A DNA stretch of 64,000 nt, taken from assembly GCA_964016885.1 (NCBI GenBank), contig OZ024741.1, forward strand, positions 29,450,001 through 29,514,000, read 5' to 3'. Below are positions 1 through 14,000 of this stretch, one piece after another. This DNA is from Eledone cirrhosa (Eukaryota). The notes under the pieces are model-generated. The model ran no database searches, had not been told where the DNA came from, and was given only the letters and a program-made list of their open reading frames with translations. A program made the translations under genes and the position numbers. How positions within the stretch are numbered: the first letter of the stretch is position 1; the number at the start of each line of letters is the position of its first letter.

Positions 1-3000
1 GTATTGTGTAGGTGACACCAGTACTATAGATTGGTATTGTGTAGGTGACACCTGTACTATGGATTGGTATCGTGTAGGTGACACCAGTAATATAGATTAG
101 TATTGTGTAGGTGACACCAGTACTATAGATTGGTATTGTGTAGGTGACACCAGTACTATAGATTGGTATTGTGTAGGTGACACCAGTACTATAGATTGGT
201 ATTATGTAGGTGAAATCTGTACTATAGATTGGTATTGTATAGGTGACACCAGTACTATAGATTGGTATTGTGTAGGTGACACCAGTACTATAGATTAGTA
301 TTGTGTAGGTGACACCAGTACTATAGATTTGTATTGTGTAGGTGACATCAGTACTATAGATTGGTATTGTGTAGGTGACATCAGTACTATAGATTAGTAT
401 TGTGTAGGTGACACCAGTACTATAGATTGGTATTGTGTAGGTGACATCAGTACTATAGATTGGTATTGTGAAGGTGACATCAGTACTATAGATTTGTATT
501 GTGTAGGTGACATCAGTACTATAGATTGGTATTGTATAGGTGACACCAGTACTATAGATTGATATTGTGTAGGTGACACCAGTACTATAGATTGGTATTG
601 CGTAGGTGAGACCAGTACAATAGATTGGTATTGTGTAGGTGACATCAGTACTATAGATTGGTATTGTGTAGGTGACATGAGTACTATAGATTTGTATTGT
701 GTAGGTGACATGAGTACTATAGATTGGTATTGTGTAGGTGACACAAGTACTATAGATTAGTATTGTGTAGGTGACACCAGTACTATAGATTGGTATTGTG
801 TAGGTGACATCAGTACTATAGATTATTATTGTGTAGGTGACACCATTACTATAGATTAGTATTGTGTAGGTGACATCAGTACTATAGATTGGTATTGTGC
901 AGGTGACATCAGTACTATAGATTTGTATTGTGTAGGTGACATCAGTACTATAGATTGGTATTGTGTAGGTGACATCAGTACTATAGATTGGTATTGTGTA
1001 GGTGACATCAGTACTATAGATTGGTATTGTGTAGGTGACATCAGTACTATAGATTGGTATTGTGTAGGTGACACCAGTACTATAGATTAGTATTGTGTAG
1101 GTGACACCAGTACTATAGATTAGTATTGTGTAGGTGACACCAGTACTATAGATTAGTATTGTGTAGGTGACACCAGTACTATAGATTGGTATTGTGTAGG
1201 TGACATCAGTACTATAGATTAGTATTGTGTAGGTGACACCATTACTATAGATTAGTATTGTGTAGGTGACACCACTACTATAGATTGGTATTGTGTAGGT
1301 GACATCAGTATTATAGATTGGTATTGTGTAGGTGACACCAGTACTACAGATTGGTATTGTGTAGGTGACACCAGTACTATAGATTGGTATTGTGTAGGTG
1401 ACACCAGTACTATAGATTGGTATTGTGTAGCTGACACCAGTACTATAGATTGGTATTGTGTAGGTGACATCAGTACTATAGATTAGTATTGTGTAGGTGA
1501 CACCAGTACTCTAGATTGGTATTGTGTAGGTGACACCAGTACTAAAGATTAGTATTGTGCAGGTGACATCAGTACTATAGATTATTATTGTGTAGGTGAC
1601 ACCAGTACTATAGATTGGTATTGTGTAGGTGACACCAGTACTATAGATTGGTATTGTGTAGGTGACACCAGTACTCTAGATTGGTATTGTGTAGGTGACA
1701 CCAGTACTAAAGATTGGTATTGTGTAGGTGACACCAGTACTATAGATTGGTATTGTGTAGGTGACATCAGTACTATAGATTGGTATTGTATAGATGACAC
1801 CAGTACTATAGATTGGTATTGTGTAGGTGACACCAGTACTATAGATTGGTATTGCGTAGGTGAGACCAGTACTATAGATTGGTATTGTGTAGGTGACACC
1901 AGTACTATAGATTGGTATTGTGTAGGTGACACCAGTACTATAGATTAGTATTGTGTAGGTGACATCAGTACTATAGATAGGTATTGTGTAGGTGACACCA
2001 GTACTATAGATTAGTATTGTGTAGGTGACACCAGTACTATAGATTGGTATTGTGTAGGTGACATCAGTACTATAGATTAGTATTGTGTAGGTGACACCAG
2101 TACTATAGATAGGTATTGTGTAGGTGACACCAGTACTATAGATTAGTATTGTGTAGGTGACACCAGTACTATAGATTGGTATTGTGTAGGTGACATCAGT
2201 ACTATAGATTGGTATTGTGTAGGTGACATCAGTACTATAGATTGGTATTGTGTAGGTGACATCAGTACTATAGATTGGTATTGTGTAGGTGACACCAGTA
2301 CTATAGATTAGTATTGTGTAGGTGACACCAGTACTATAGATTAGTATTGTGTAGGTGACACCAGTACTATAGATTAGTATTGTGTAGGTGACACCAGTAC
2401 TATAGATTAGTATTGTGTAGGTGACACCAGTACTATAGATTGGTATTGTGTAGGTGACATCAGTACTATAGATTAGTATTGTGTAGGTGACACCAGTACT
2501 ATAGATTAGTATTGTGTAGGTGACATCAGTACTATAGATTGGTATTGTATAGGTGACACCAGTACTATAGATTGGTATTGTGTAGGTGGCATCAGTACAA
2601 TAGATTGATATTGTATAGGTGACACCAGTACTATAGATTGGTATTGTGTAGGTGACACCAGTACTATAGATTAGTATTGTGTAGGTGACATCAGTACTAT
2701 AGATTGGTATTGTGTAGGTGACACCAGTACTATAGTTTGGTATTGTGTAGGTGACATCAGTATTATAGATTTGTATTGTGTAGGTGACACCAGTACTATA
2801 AGATTGGTATTGTGTAGGTGACACCAGTACTACAGATTGGTATTGTGTAGGTGACACCAGTACTATAGATTGGTATTGTGTAGGTGACACCAGTACTATA
2901 GATTGGTATTGTGTAGGTGACACCAGTACTATAGATTGGTATTGTGTAGGTGACACCAGTACTATACATTGGTATTGTGTAGGTGACATCAGTACTATAG

Positions 3001-6000
3001 ATTAGTATTGTGTAGGTGACACCAGTACTATAGATTGGTATTGTGTAGGTGACACCAGTACTATAGATTAGTATTGTGTAGGTGACACCAGTACTTAAGA
3101 TTGGTATTGTATAGGTGACATCAGTACAATAGATTGGTATTGTATAGGTGACACCAGTACTATAGATTGGTATTGTGTAGGTGACATTAGTACTATAGAT
3201 TAGTATTGTGTAGGTGACACCATTACTATAGATTGGTATTGTGTAGGTGACACCAGTACTATAGTTTGGTATTGTGTAGGTGACATCAGTATTATAGATT
3301 TGTATTGTGTAGGTGACACCAGTACTATAAGATTGGTATTGTGTAGGTGACACCAGTACTACAGATTGGTATTGTGTAGGTGACACCAGTACTATAGATT
3401 GGTATTGTGTAGGTGACACCTGTACTATGGATTGGTATTGTGTAGGTGACACCAGTACTATAGATTGGTATTGTGTAGGTGACACCAGTACTATAGATTG
3501 GTATTGTGTAGGTGACACCAGTACTATAGATTGGTATTGTGTAGGTGACACCTGTACTATAGATTGGTATTGTGTAGGTGACACCAGTACTATAGATTGG
3601 TATTGTGTAGGTGACACCAGTACTATAGATTGGTATTGTGTAGGTGACACCTGTACTATAGATTGGTATTGTGTAGGTGACACCTGTACTATAGATTGGT
3701 ATTGTGTAGGTGACACCAGTACTATAGATTAGTATTGTGTAGGTGACACCAGTACTATAGATTGGTATTGTGTAGGTGACACCTGTACTATAGATTGGTA
3801 TTGTGTAGGTGAAATCTGTACTATAGTTTGGTATTGTATAGGTGACACCAGTACTATAGATTGGTATTGTGTAGGTGACACCAGTACTATAGATTAGTAT
3901 TGTGTAGGTGACACCAGTACTATAGATTTGTATTGTGTAGGTGACATCAGTACTATAGATTGGTATTGTGTAGGTGACATCAGTACTATAGATTATTATT
4001 GTGTAGGTGACACCAGTACTATAGATAGGTATTGTGTAGGTGACACCAGTACTATAGATTAGTATTGTGTAGGTGACACCAGTACTATAGATTGGTATTG
4101 TGTAGGTGACATCAGTACTATAGATTGGTATTGTGTAGGTGACATCAGTACTATAGATTGGTATTGTGTAGGTGACATCAGTACTATAGATTGGTATTGT
4201 GTAGGTGACACCAGTACTATAGATTAGTATTGTGTAGGTGACACCAGTACTATAGATTAGTATTGTGTAGGTGACACCAGTACTATAGATTAGTATTGTG
4301 TAGGTGACACCAGTACTATAGATTAGTATTGTGTAGGTGACACCAGTACTATAGATTGGTATTGTGTAGGTGACATCAGTACTATAGATTAGTATTGTGT
4401 AGGTGACACCAGTACTATAGATTAGTATTGTGTAGGTGACATCAGTACTATAGATTGGTATTGTGTAGGTGACATCAGTACTATAGATTAGTATTGTGTA
4501 GGTGACACCATTACTATAGATTAGTATTGTGTAGGTGACACCAGTACTTTAGATAGGTATTGTGTAGGTGACATCAGTATTATAGATTGGTATTGTGTAG
4601 GTGACACCAGTACTATAAATTGGTATTGTGTAGGTGACATCAGTACTATAGATTGGTATTGTATAGGTGACACCAGTAATATAGATTGGTATTGTGTAGG
4701 TGACATCAGTACTATAGATTAGTATTGTATAGGTGACACCAGTACTATAGATTGGTATTGTGTAGGTGACACCAGTACTATAGATTAGTATTGTGTAGGT
4801 GACACCAGTACTATAGATTTGTATTGTGTAGGTGACATCAGTACTATAGATTGGTATTGTGTAGGTGATATCAGTACTATAGATTTGTATCGTGTAGGTG
4901 ACATCAGTACTATAGATTGGTATTGTGTAGGTGACATCAGTATGATAGATTTGTATTGTGTAGGTGACACCAGTACTATAGATTGGTATTGTGTAGGTGA
5001 CACCAGTACTATAGATTGGTATTGCGTAGGTGACACCAGTACTATAGATTAGTATTGTGTAGGTGACACCTGTACTATAGATTGGTATTGCGTAGGTGAC
5101 ATCAATACTATAGATTGTGTAGGTGACATCAGTACTATAGATTAGTATTGTGTAGGTGACACCAGTACTATAGATTGGTATTGTGTAGGTGACACCAATA
5201 CTATAGATTGGTATTGTGTAGGTGACACCAGTACTATAGATTGGTATTGTGTAGGTGAGACCAATACTATAGATTGGTATTGTGTAGGTGACACCAGTAC
5301 TATAGATTGGTATTGTATAGGTGACACCAGTACTATAGATTAGTATTGTGTAGGTGACATCAGTACTATAGATTAGTATTGTGTAGGTGACACCAGTACT
5401 ATAGATTGGTATTGTGTAGGTGACACCCGTACTATAGATTGGTATTGTGTAGGTGACACCTGTACTATAGATTGGTATTGTGTAGGTGACACCAGTACTA
5501 TAGATTGGTATTGTGTAGGTGACACCAGTACTATAGATTGGTATTGTGTAGGTGACACCTGTACTATAGATTGGTATTGTGTAGGTGACACCTGTACTAT
5601 AGATTGGTATTGTGTAGGTGAAACCAGTACTATAGATTAGTATTGTGTAGGTGACACCAGTACTATAGATTGGTATTGTGTAGGTGACACCTGTACTATG
5701 GATTGGTATCGTGTAGGTGACACCAGTAATATAGATTAGTATTGTGTAGGTGACACCAGTACTATAGATTGGTATTGTGTAGGTGACACCAGTACTATAG
5801 ATTGGTATTGTGTAGGTGACACCAGTACTATAGATTGGTATTATGTAGGTGAAATCTGTACTATAGATTGGTATTGTATAGGTGACACCAGTACTATAGA
5901 TTGGTATTGTGTAGGTGACACCAGTACTATAGATTAGTATTGTGTAGGTGACACCAGTACTATAGATTTGTATTGTGTAGGTGACATCAGTACTATAGAT

Positions 6001-8861
6001 TGGTATTGTGTAGGTGACATCAGTACTATAGATTAGTATTGTGTAGGTGACACCAGTACTATAGATTGGTATTGTGTAGGTGACATCAGTACTATAGATT
6101 GGTATTGTGAAGGTGACATCAGTACTATAGATTTGTATTGTGTAGGTGACATCAGTACTATAGATTGGTATTGTATAGGTGACACCAGTACTATAGATTG
6201 ATATTGTGTAGGTGACACCAGTACTATAGATTGGTATTGCGTAGGTGAGACCAGTACAATAGATTGGTATTGTGTAGGTGACATCAGTACTATAGATTGG
6301 TATTGTGTAGGTGACATGAGTACTATAGATTTGTATTGTGTAGGTGACATGAGTACTATAGATTGGTATTGTGTAGGTGACACAAGTACTATAGATTAGT
6401 ATTGTGTAGGTGACACCAGTACTATAGATTGGTATTGTGTAGGTGACATCAGTACTATAGATTATTATTGTGTAGGTGACACCATTACTATAGATTAGTA
6501 TTGTGTAGGTGACATCAGTACTATAGATTGGTATTGTGCAGGTGACATCAGTACTATAGATTTGTATTGTGTAGGTGACATCAGTACTATAGATTGGTAT
6601 TGTGTAGGTGACATCAGTACTATAGATTGGTATTGTGTAGGTGACATCAGTACTATAGATTGGTATTGTGTAGGTGACATCAGTACTATAGATTGGTATT
6701 GTGTAGGTGACACCAGTACTATAGATTAGTATTGTGTAGGTGACACCAGTACTATAGATTAGTATTGTGTAGGTGACACCAGTACTATAGATTAGTATTG
6801 TGTAGGTGACACCAGTACTATAGATTGGTATTGTGTAGGTGACATCAGTACTATAGATTAGTATTGTGTAGGTGACACCATTACTATAGATTAGTATTGT
6901 GTAGGTGACACCACTACTATAGATTGGTATTGTGTAGGTGACATCAGTATTATAGATTGGTATTGTGTAGGTGACACCAGTACTACAGATTGGTATTGTG
7001 TAGGTGACACCAGTACTATAGATTGGTATTGTGTAGGTGACACCAGTACTATAGATTGGTATTGTGTAGCTGACACCAGTACTATAGATTGGTATTGTGT
7101 AGGTGACATCAGTACTATAGATTAGTATTGTGTAGGTGACACCAGTACTCTAGATTGGTATTGTGTAGGTGACACCAGTACTAAAGATTAGTATTGTGCA
7201 GGTGACATCAGTACTATAGATTATTATTGTGTAGGTGACACCAGTACTATAGATTGGTATTGTGTAGGTGACACCAGTACTATAGATTGGTATTGTGTAG
7301 GTGACACCAGTACTCTAGATTGGTATTGTGTAGGTGACACCAGTACTAAAGATTGGTATTGTGTAGGTGACACCAGTACTATAGATTGGTATTGTGTAGG
7401 TGACATCAGTACTATAGATTGGTATTGTATAGATGACACCAGTACTATAGATTGGTATTGTGTAGGTGACACCAGTACTATAGATTGGTATTGCGTAGGT
7501 GAGACCAGTACTATAGATTGGTATTGTGTAGGTGACACCAGTACTATAGATTGGTATTGTGTAGGTGACACCAGTACTATAGATTAGTATTGTGTAGGTG
7601 ACATCAGTACTATAGATAGGTATTGTGTAGGTGACACCAGTACTATAGATTAGTATTGTGTAGGTGACACCAGTACTATAGATTGGTATTGTGTAGGTGA
7701 CATCAGTACTATAGATTAGTATTGTGTAGGTGACACCAGTACTATAGATAGGTATTGTGTAGGTGACACCAGTACTATAGATTAGTATTGTGTAGGTGAC
7801 ACCAGTACTATAGATTGGTATTGTGTAGGTGACATCAGTACTATAGATTGGTATTGTGTAGGTGACATCAGTACTATAGATTGGTATTGTGTAGGTGACA
7901 TCAGTACTATAGATTGGTATTGTGTAGGTGACACCAGTACTATAGATTAGTATTGTGTAGGTGACACCAGTACTATAGATTAGTATTGTGTAGGTGACAC
8001 CAGTACTATAGATTAGTATTGTGTAGGTGACACCAGTACTATAGATTAGTATTGTGTAGGTGACACCAGTACTATAGATTGGTATTGTGTAGGTGACATC
8101 AGTACTATAGATTAGTATTGTGTAGGTGACACCAGTACTATAGATTAGTATTGTGTAGGTGACATCAGTACTATAGATTGGTATTGTATAGGTGACACCA
8201 GTACTATAGATTGGTATTGTGTAGGTGGCATCAGTACAATAGATTGATATTGTATAGGTGACACCAGTACTATAGATTGGTATTGTGTAGGTGACACCAG
8301 TACTATAGATTAGTATTGTGTAGGTGACATCAGTACTATAGATTGGTATTGTGTAGGTGACACCAGTACTATAGTTTGGTATTGTGTAGGTGACATCAGT
8401 ATTATAGATTTGTATTGTGTAGGTGACACCAGTACTATAAGATTGGTATTGTGTAGGTGACACCAGTACTACAGATTGGTATTGTGTAGGTGACACCAGT
8501 ACTATAGATTGGTATTGTGTAGGTGACACCAGTACTATAGATTGGTATTGTGTAGGTGACACCAGTACTATAGATTGGTATTGTGTAGGTGACACCAGTA
8601 CTATACATTGGTATTGTGTAGGTGACATCAGTACTATAGATTAGTATTGTGTAGGTGACACCAGTACTATAGATTGGTATTGTGTAGGTGACACCAGTAC
8701 TATAGATTAGTATTGTGTAGGTGACACCAGTACTTAAGATTGGTATTGTATAGGTGACATCAGTACAATAGATTGGTATTGTATAGGTGACACCAGTACT
8801 ATAGATTGGTATTGTGTAGGTGACATTAGTACTATAGATTAGTATTGTGTAGGTGACACCA
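1..8861. repeat. Higher-order duplication, period 5,639 bp (171 monomers): 1-3222 matches 5640-8861
   Basis: Identical ORF translations at a constant offset of 5639 (394/6033, 856/6495, 1252/6891, 1676/7315). Shared rare variants include ACTATGGA, GTGAAGG, CATGAG and the +A insertion at 2800/8439. 5639 = 171x33+2-6. Confidence 0.95.
2731..3370. repeat. Local duplication of about 4 marked monomers at offset 529 bp (16 monomers +1)
   Basis: The series TATAGTTTGG...TATTATAGATTTG...ACTATAAGATT...ACTACAG occurs at 2731-2830 and again at 3260-3370, including the +A insertion. Confidence 0.85.
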
Positions 8862-11099
8862 GTACTATAGATTAGTATTGTGTAGGTGACACCAGTACTA
8901 TAGATTAGTATTGTGTAGGTGACATCAGTACGATAGATTGGTATTGTATAGGTGACACCAGTACTATAGATTGGTATTGTGTAGGTGGCATCAGTACAAT
9001 AGATTGATATTGTATAGGTGACACCAGTACTATAGATTGGTATTGTGTAGGTGACACCAGTACTATAGATTAGTATTGTGTAGGTGACATCAGTACTATA
9101 GATTGGTATTGTGTAGGTGACACCAGTACTATAGATTGGTATTGTGTAGGTGACATCAGTATTATAGATTTGTATTGTGTAGGTGACACCAGTACTACAG
9201 ATTGGTATTGTATAGGTGACACCAGTACTACAGATTGGTATTGTGTAGGTGACACCAGTACTATAGATTGGTATTGTGTAGGTGACACCAGTACTATAGA
9301 TTGGTATTGTGTAGGTGACACCAGTACTATAGATTGGTATTGTGTAGGTGACACCAGTACTATAGATTGGTATTGTGTAGGTGACATCAGTAATATAGAT
9401 TAGTATTGTGTAGGTGACACCAGTACTATAGATTGGTATTGTGTAGGTGACACCAGTACTATAGATTAGTATTGTGTAGGTGACACCAGTACTTAAGATT
9501 GGTATTGTATAGGTGACATCAGTACAATAGATTGGTATTGTATAGGTGACACCAGTACTATAGAACGGTATTGTGTAGGTGACATCAGTACAATAGATTG
9601 GTATTGTATAGGTGACACCAGTACTATAGATTGGTATTGTGTAGGTGACACCAGTACTATAGATTGGTATTGCGTAGGTGAGACCAGTACTATAGATTGG
9701 TATTGTGTAGGTGACATCAGTACTATAGATTGGTATTGTGTAGATGACATCAGTACTATAGATTGGTATCGTGTAGGTGACACCAGTACTATAGATTAGT
9801 ATCGTGTAGGTGACACCAGTACTATAGATTGGTATTGTGTAGGTGACACCAGCACTATAGATTGGTATTGTGTAGGTGACATCAGTACTATAGATTAGTA
9901 TTGTGTAGGTGACACCATTACTATAGATTAGTATTGTGTAGGTGACACCAGTACTATAGATTGGTATTGTGTAGGTGACATCAGTATTATAGATTGGTAT
10001 TGTGTAGGTGACACCAGTACTATAGATTGGTATTGTGTAGGTGACATCAGTACTATAGATTGGTATTGTATAGGTGACACCAGTAATATAGATTGGTATT
10101 GTGTAGGTGACATCAGTACTATAGATTAGTATTGTATAGGTGACACCAGTACTATAGATTGGTATTGTGTAGGTGACACCAGTACTATAGATTAGTATTG
10201 TGTAGGTGACACAAGTACTATAGATTGGTATTGTGTAGGTAACATCAGTACTATAGATTGGTATTGTGTAGGTGATATCAGTACTATAGATTTGTATCGT
10301 GTAGGTGACATCAGTACTATAGATTGGTATTGTGTAGGTGACATCAGTATTATAGATTTGTATTGTGTAGGTGACACCAGTACTATAGATTGGTATTGTG
10401 TAGGTGACACCAGTACTATAGATTGGTATTGCGTAGGTGACACCAGTACTATAGATTAGTATTGTGTAGGTGACACCTGTACTATAGATTGGTATTGCGT
10501 AGGTGACAACAATACTATAGATTGTGTAGGTGACATCAGTACTATAGATTAGTATTGTGTAGGTGACACCAGTACTATAGATTGGTATTGTGTAGGTGAC
10601 AACAGTACTATAGATTAGTATTGTGTAGGTGACACCAGTACTATAGATTGGTATTGTGCAGGTGATACCAGTACTATAGATTAGTATTGTGTAGGTGACA
10701 TCACTACTATAGATTAGTATTGTGTAGGTGACACCAGTACTATAGATTAGTATTGTGTAGGTGACACCAGTACTATAGATTGGTATTGTGTAGGTGACAC
10801 CAGTACTATAGATTGGTATTGTATAGTTGACACCAGTACTATTGATTGGTATTGTGTAGGTGACACCAGTACTAAAGATATGTATTGTGTGGGTGACATC
10901 AGTACTGCAGATTGGTATTGTGTAGGTGACACCAGTACTATAGATTGGTATTGTGTAGGTGACACCAATACTATAGATTGGTATTGTGTAGGTGACACCA
11001 GTACTATAGATTGGTATTGTGTAGGTGACATCAGTACTATAGATTAGTATTGTGTAGGTGACATCAGTACTATAGATTAGTATTGTGTAGGTGACAGCA

Positions 11100-14000
11100 G
11101 TACTATAGATTGGTATTGTGTAAGTGACACCAGTACTATAGATTGGTATTGTGTAGGTGACATCTGTACTATAGATTGGTTTTGTATAGGTGACACCAGT
11201 ACTATAGATTGGTATTGTGTAGGTGACACCAGTACTATAGATTAGTATTGTGTAGGTGACACCAGTACTATAGATTTGTATTGTATAGGTGACATCAGTA
11301 CTATAGATTGGTATTGTGTAGGTGACATCAGTACTATAGATTAGTATTGTGTAGGTAACACCAGTACTATAGATTGGTATTGTGTAGGTGACATCAGTAC
11401 TATAGATTGGTATTGTGTAGGTGACATCAGTACTATAGATTTGTATCGTGTAGGTGACATCAGTACTATAGATTGGTATTGTATAGGTGACACCAGTACT
11501 ATAGATTGGTAGTGTGTAGGTGACACCAGTACTATAGATTGGTATTGCGTAGGTGAGACCAGTACTATAGATTGGTATTGTGTAGGTGACATCAGTACTA
11601 TAAATTGGTATTGTGTAGGTGACATCAGTACTATAGATTTGTATTGTGTAGGTGACAACAGTACTATAGATTGGTATTGTGTAGGTGACACCAGTACTAT
11701 AGATTAGTATTGTGTAGGTGACACCAGTACTATAGATTGGTATTGTGTAGGTGACATCAGTACTATAGATTAGTATTGTGTAGGTGACACCATTACTATA
11801 GATTAGTATTGCGTAGGTGACATCAGTACTATAGATTGGTATTGTGCAGGTGACATCAGTACTATAGATTAGTATTGTGTAGGTGCCACCAGTACTATAG
11901 ATTTGTATAGTGTAGGTGACATCAGTACTATAGATTGGTATTGTGTAGGTGACACCAGTACTATAGATTAGTATTGTGTAGGTGACACCAGTACTATAGA
12001 TTGGTATTGTGTAGGTGACACCAATACTATAGATTGGTATTGTGTAGGTGACACCAGTACTATAGATTAGTATTTGTGTAGGTGACACCAGTACTATAGA
12101 TTAGTATTGTGTAGGTGACACCAGTACTATAGATTGGTATTGGGTAGGTGACACCAGTTCTATAGATTAGTATTGTGTAGGTGACACCAGTACTATAGAT
12201 TGGTATTGTGTAGGTGACACCAGTACTCTAGATTGGTATTGTGTAGGTGACACCAGTACTAAAGATTGGTATTGTGTAGGTGACAACAGTACAATAGAAT
12301 GGTATTGTATAGGTGACACCAGTACTATAGATTGGTATTGTGTAGGTGACACCAGTACTATAGATTGGTATTGCGTAGGTGAGACCAGTACTATAGATTG
12401 GTATTGTGTAGGTGACATCAGTACTATAGATTGGTATTGTGTAGATGACATCAGTACTATAGATTTGTATTGTGTAGGTGACATCAGTACAATAGATTGG
12501 TATTGTGTAGGTGACACCAGTACTATAGATTAGTATTGTGTAGGTGACACCAGTACTATAGATTGGTATTGTGTAGGTGACACCAGTACTATAGATTGGT
12601 ATTGTGTAGGTGACATCAGTACTATAGATTAGTATTGTGTAGGTGACACCATTACTATACATTAGTATTGTGTAGGTGACACCAGTACTATAGATTGGTA
12701 TTGTGTAGGTGACATCAGTATTATAGATTTGTATTGTGTAGGTGACACCAGTACTATAGATTGGTATTGTGTAGGTGACACCAGTACTATAGATTGGTAT
12801 TGTGTAGGTGACACCAGTACTATAGATTGGTATTGTGTAGGTTACACCAGTACTATAGATTAGTATTGTGTAGGTGACACCAGTACTATAGATTAGTATT
12901 GTGTAGGTGACACCAGTACTATAGATTAGTATTGTGTAGGTGACACCAGTACTATAGATTAGTATTGTGTAGGTGACACAAGTACTATAGATTAGTATTG
13001 TGTAGGTGACACCACCACTATAGATTGGTATTGTGTAGGTGACACCAGTACTCTAGATTGGTATTGTGTAGGTGACACCAGTACTAAAGATTGGTATTGT
13101 ATAGGTGACATCAGTACAATAGATTGGTATTGTATAGGTGACACCAGTACTATAGATTGGTATTGTGTAGGTGACACCAGTACTATAGATTGGTATTGCG
13201 TAGGTGAGACCAGTACTATAGATTGGCATTGTGTAGGTGACATCAGTACTATAGATTGGTATTGTGTAGATGACATCAGTACTATAGATTGGTATTGTGT
13301 AGGTGACACCAATACTATAGATTAGTATTGTGTAGGTGACACCAGTACTATAGATTGTTATTGTGTAGGTGACACCAGTACTATAGATTGGTATTGTGTA
13401 GGTGACATCAGTACTATAGATTAGTATTGTATAGGTGACACCAGTACTATAGATTGGTATTGTGTAGGTGACACCAGTACTACAGATTTGTATTGTGTAG
13501 GTGACATCAGTACTATAGATTGGTATTGTGTAGGTGACACCAGTACTATAGATTGGTATTGTGTAGATGACATCAGTACTATAGATTGGTATTGTATAGG
13601 TGACACCAGTACTATAGATTGGTATTGTGTAGGTGACACCAGTACTATAGATTAGTATTGTGTAGGTGACACCAGTACTATAGATTTGTATCGTGTAGGT
13701 GACATCAGTACTATAGATTGCTATTGTGTAGGTGGCATCAGTATTATAGATTTGTATCGTGTAGGTGACATCAGTACTATAGATTAGTATTGTGTAGGTG
13801 ACACCAGTACTATAGATTGGTATTGTGTAGGTGACACCAGTACAATAGATTGGTATTGTGTAGGTGACACCAGTACTATAGATTAGTATTGTGTAGGTGA
13901 CATCAGTACTATAGATTTGTATCTTGTAGGTGACATCAGTACTATAGATTGGTATTGTGTAGGTGGCATCAGTATTATAGATTTGTATTGTGTAGGTGAC

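Noticed and set aside
1-33. Monomer built from 3x11-bp subrepeats
   Set aside because: The three 11-mers do not align convincingly. Only weak internal similarity is present (GTATTGT versus GTACTAT, ATTG twice).
8435-12088. 1,217-aa minus-strand ORF and the other long (YSTGVTYTIPI)n ORFs as real genes
   Set aside because: They are pure repeat with no unique termini. Starts and ends are set by random variants or frameshifts, the commonest variants are non-synonymous, and every possible one-step stop occurs and has been amplified.
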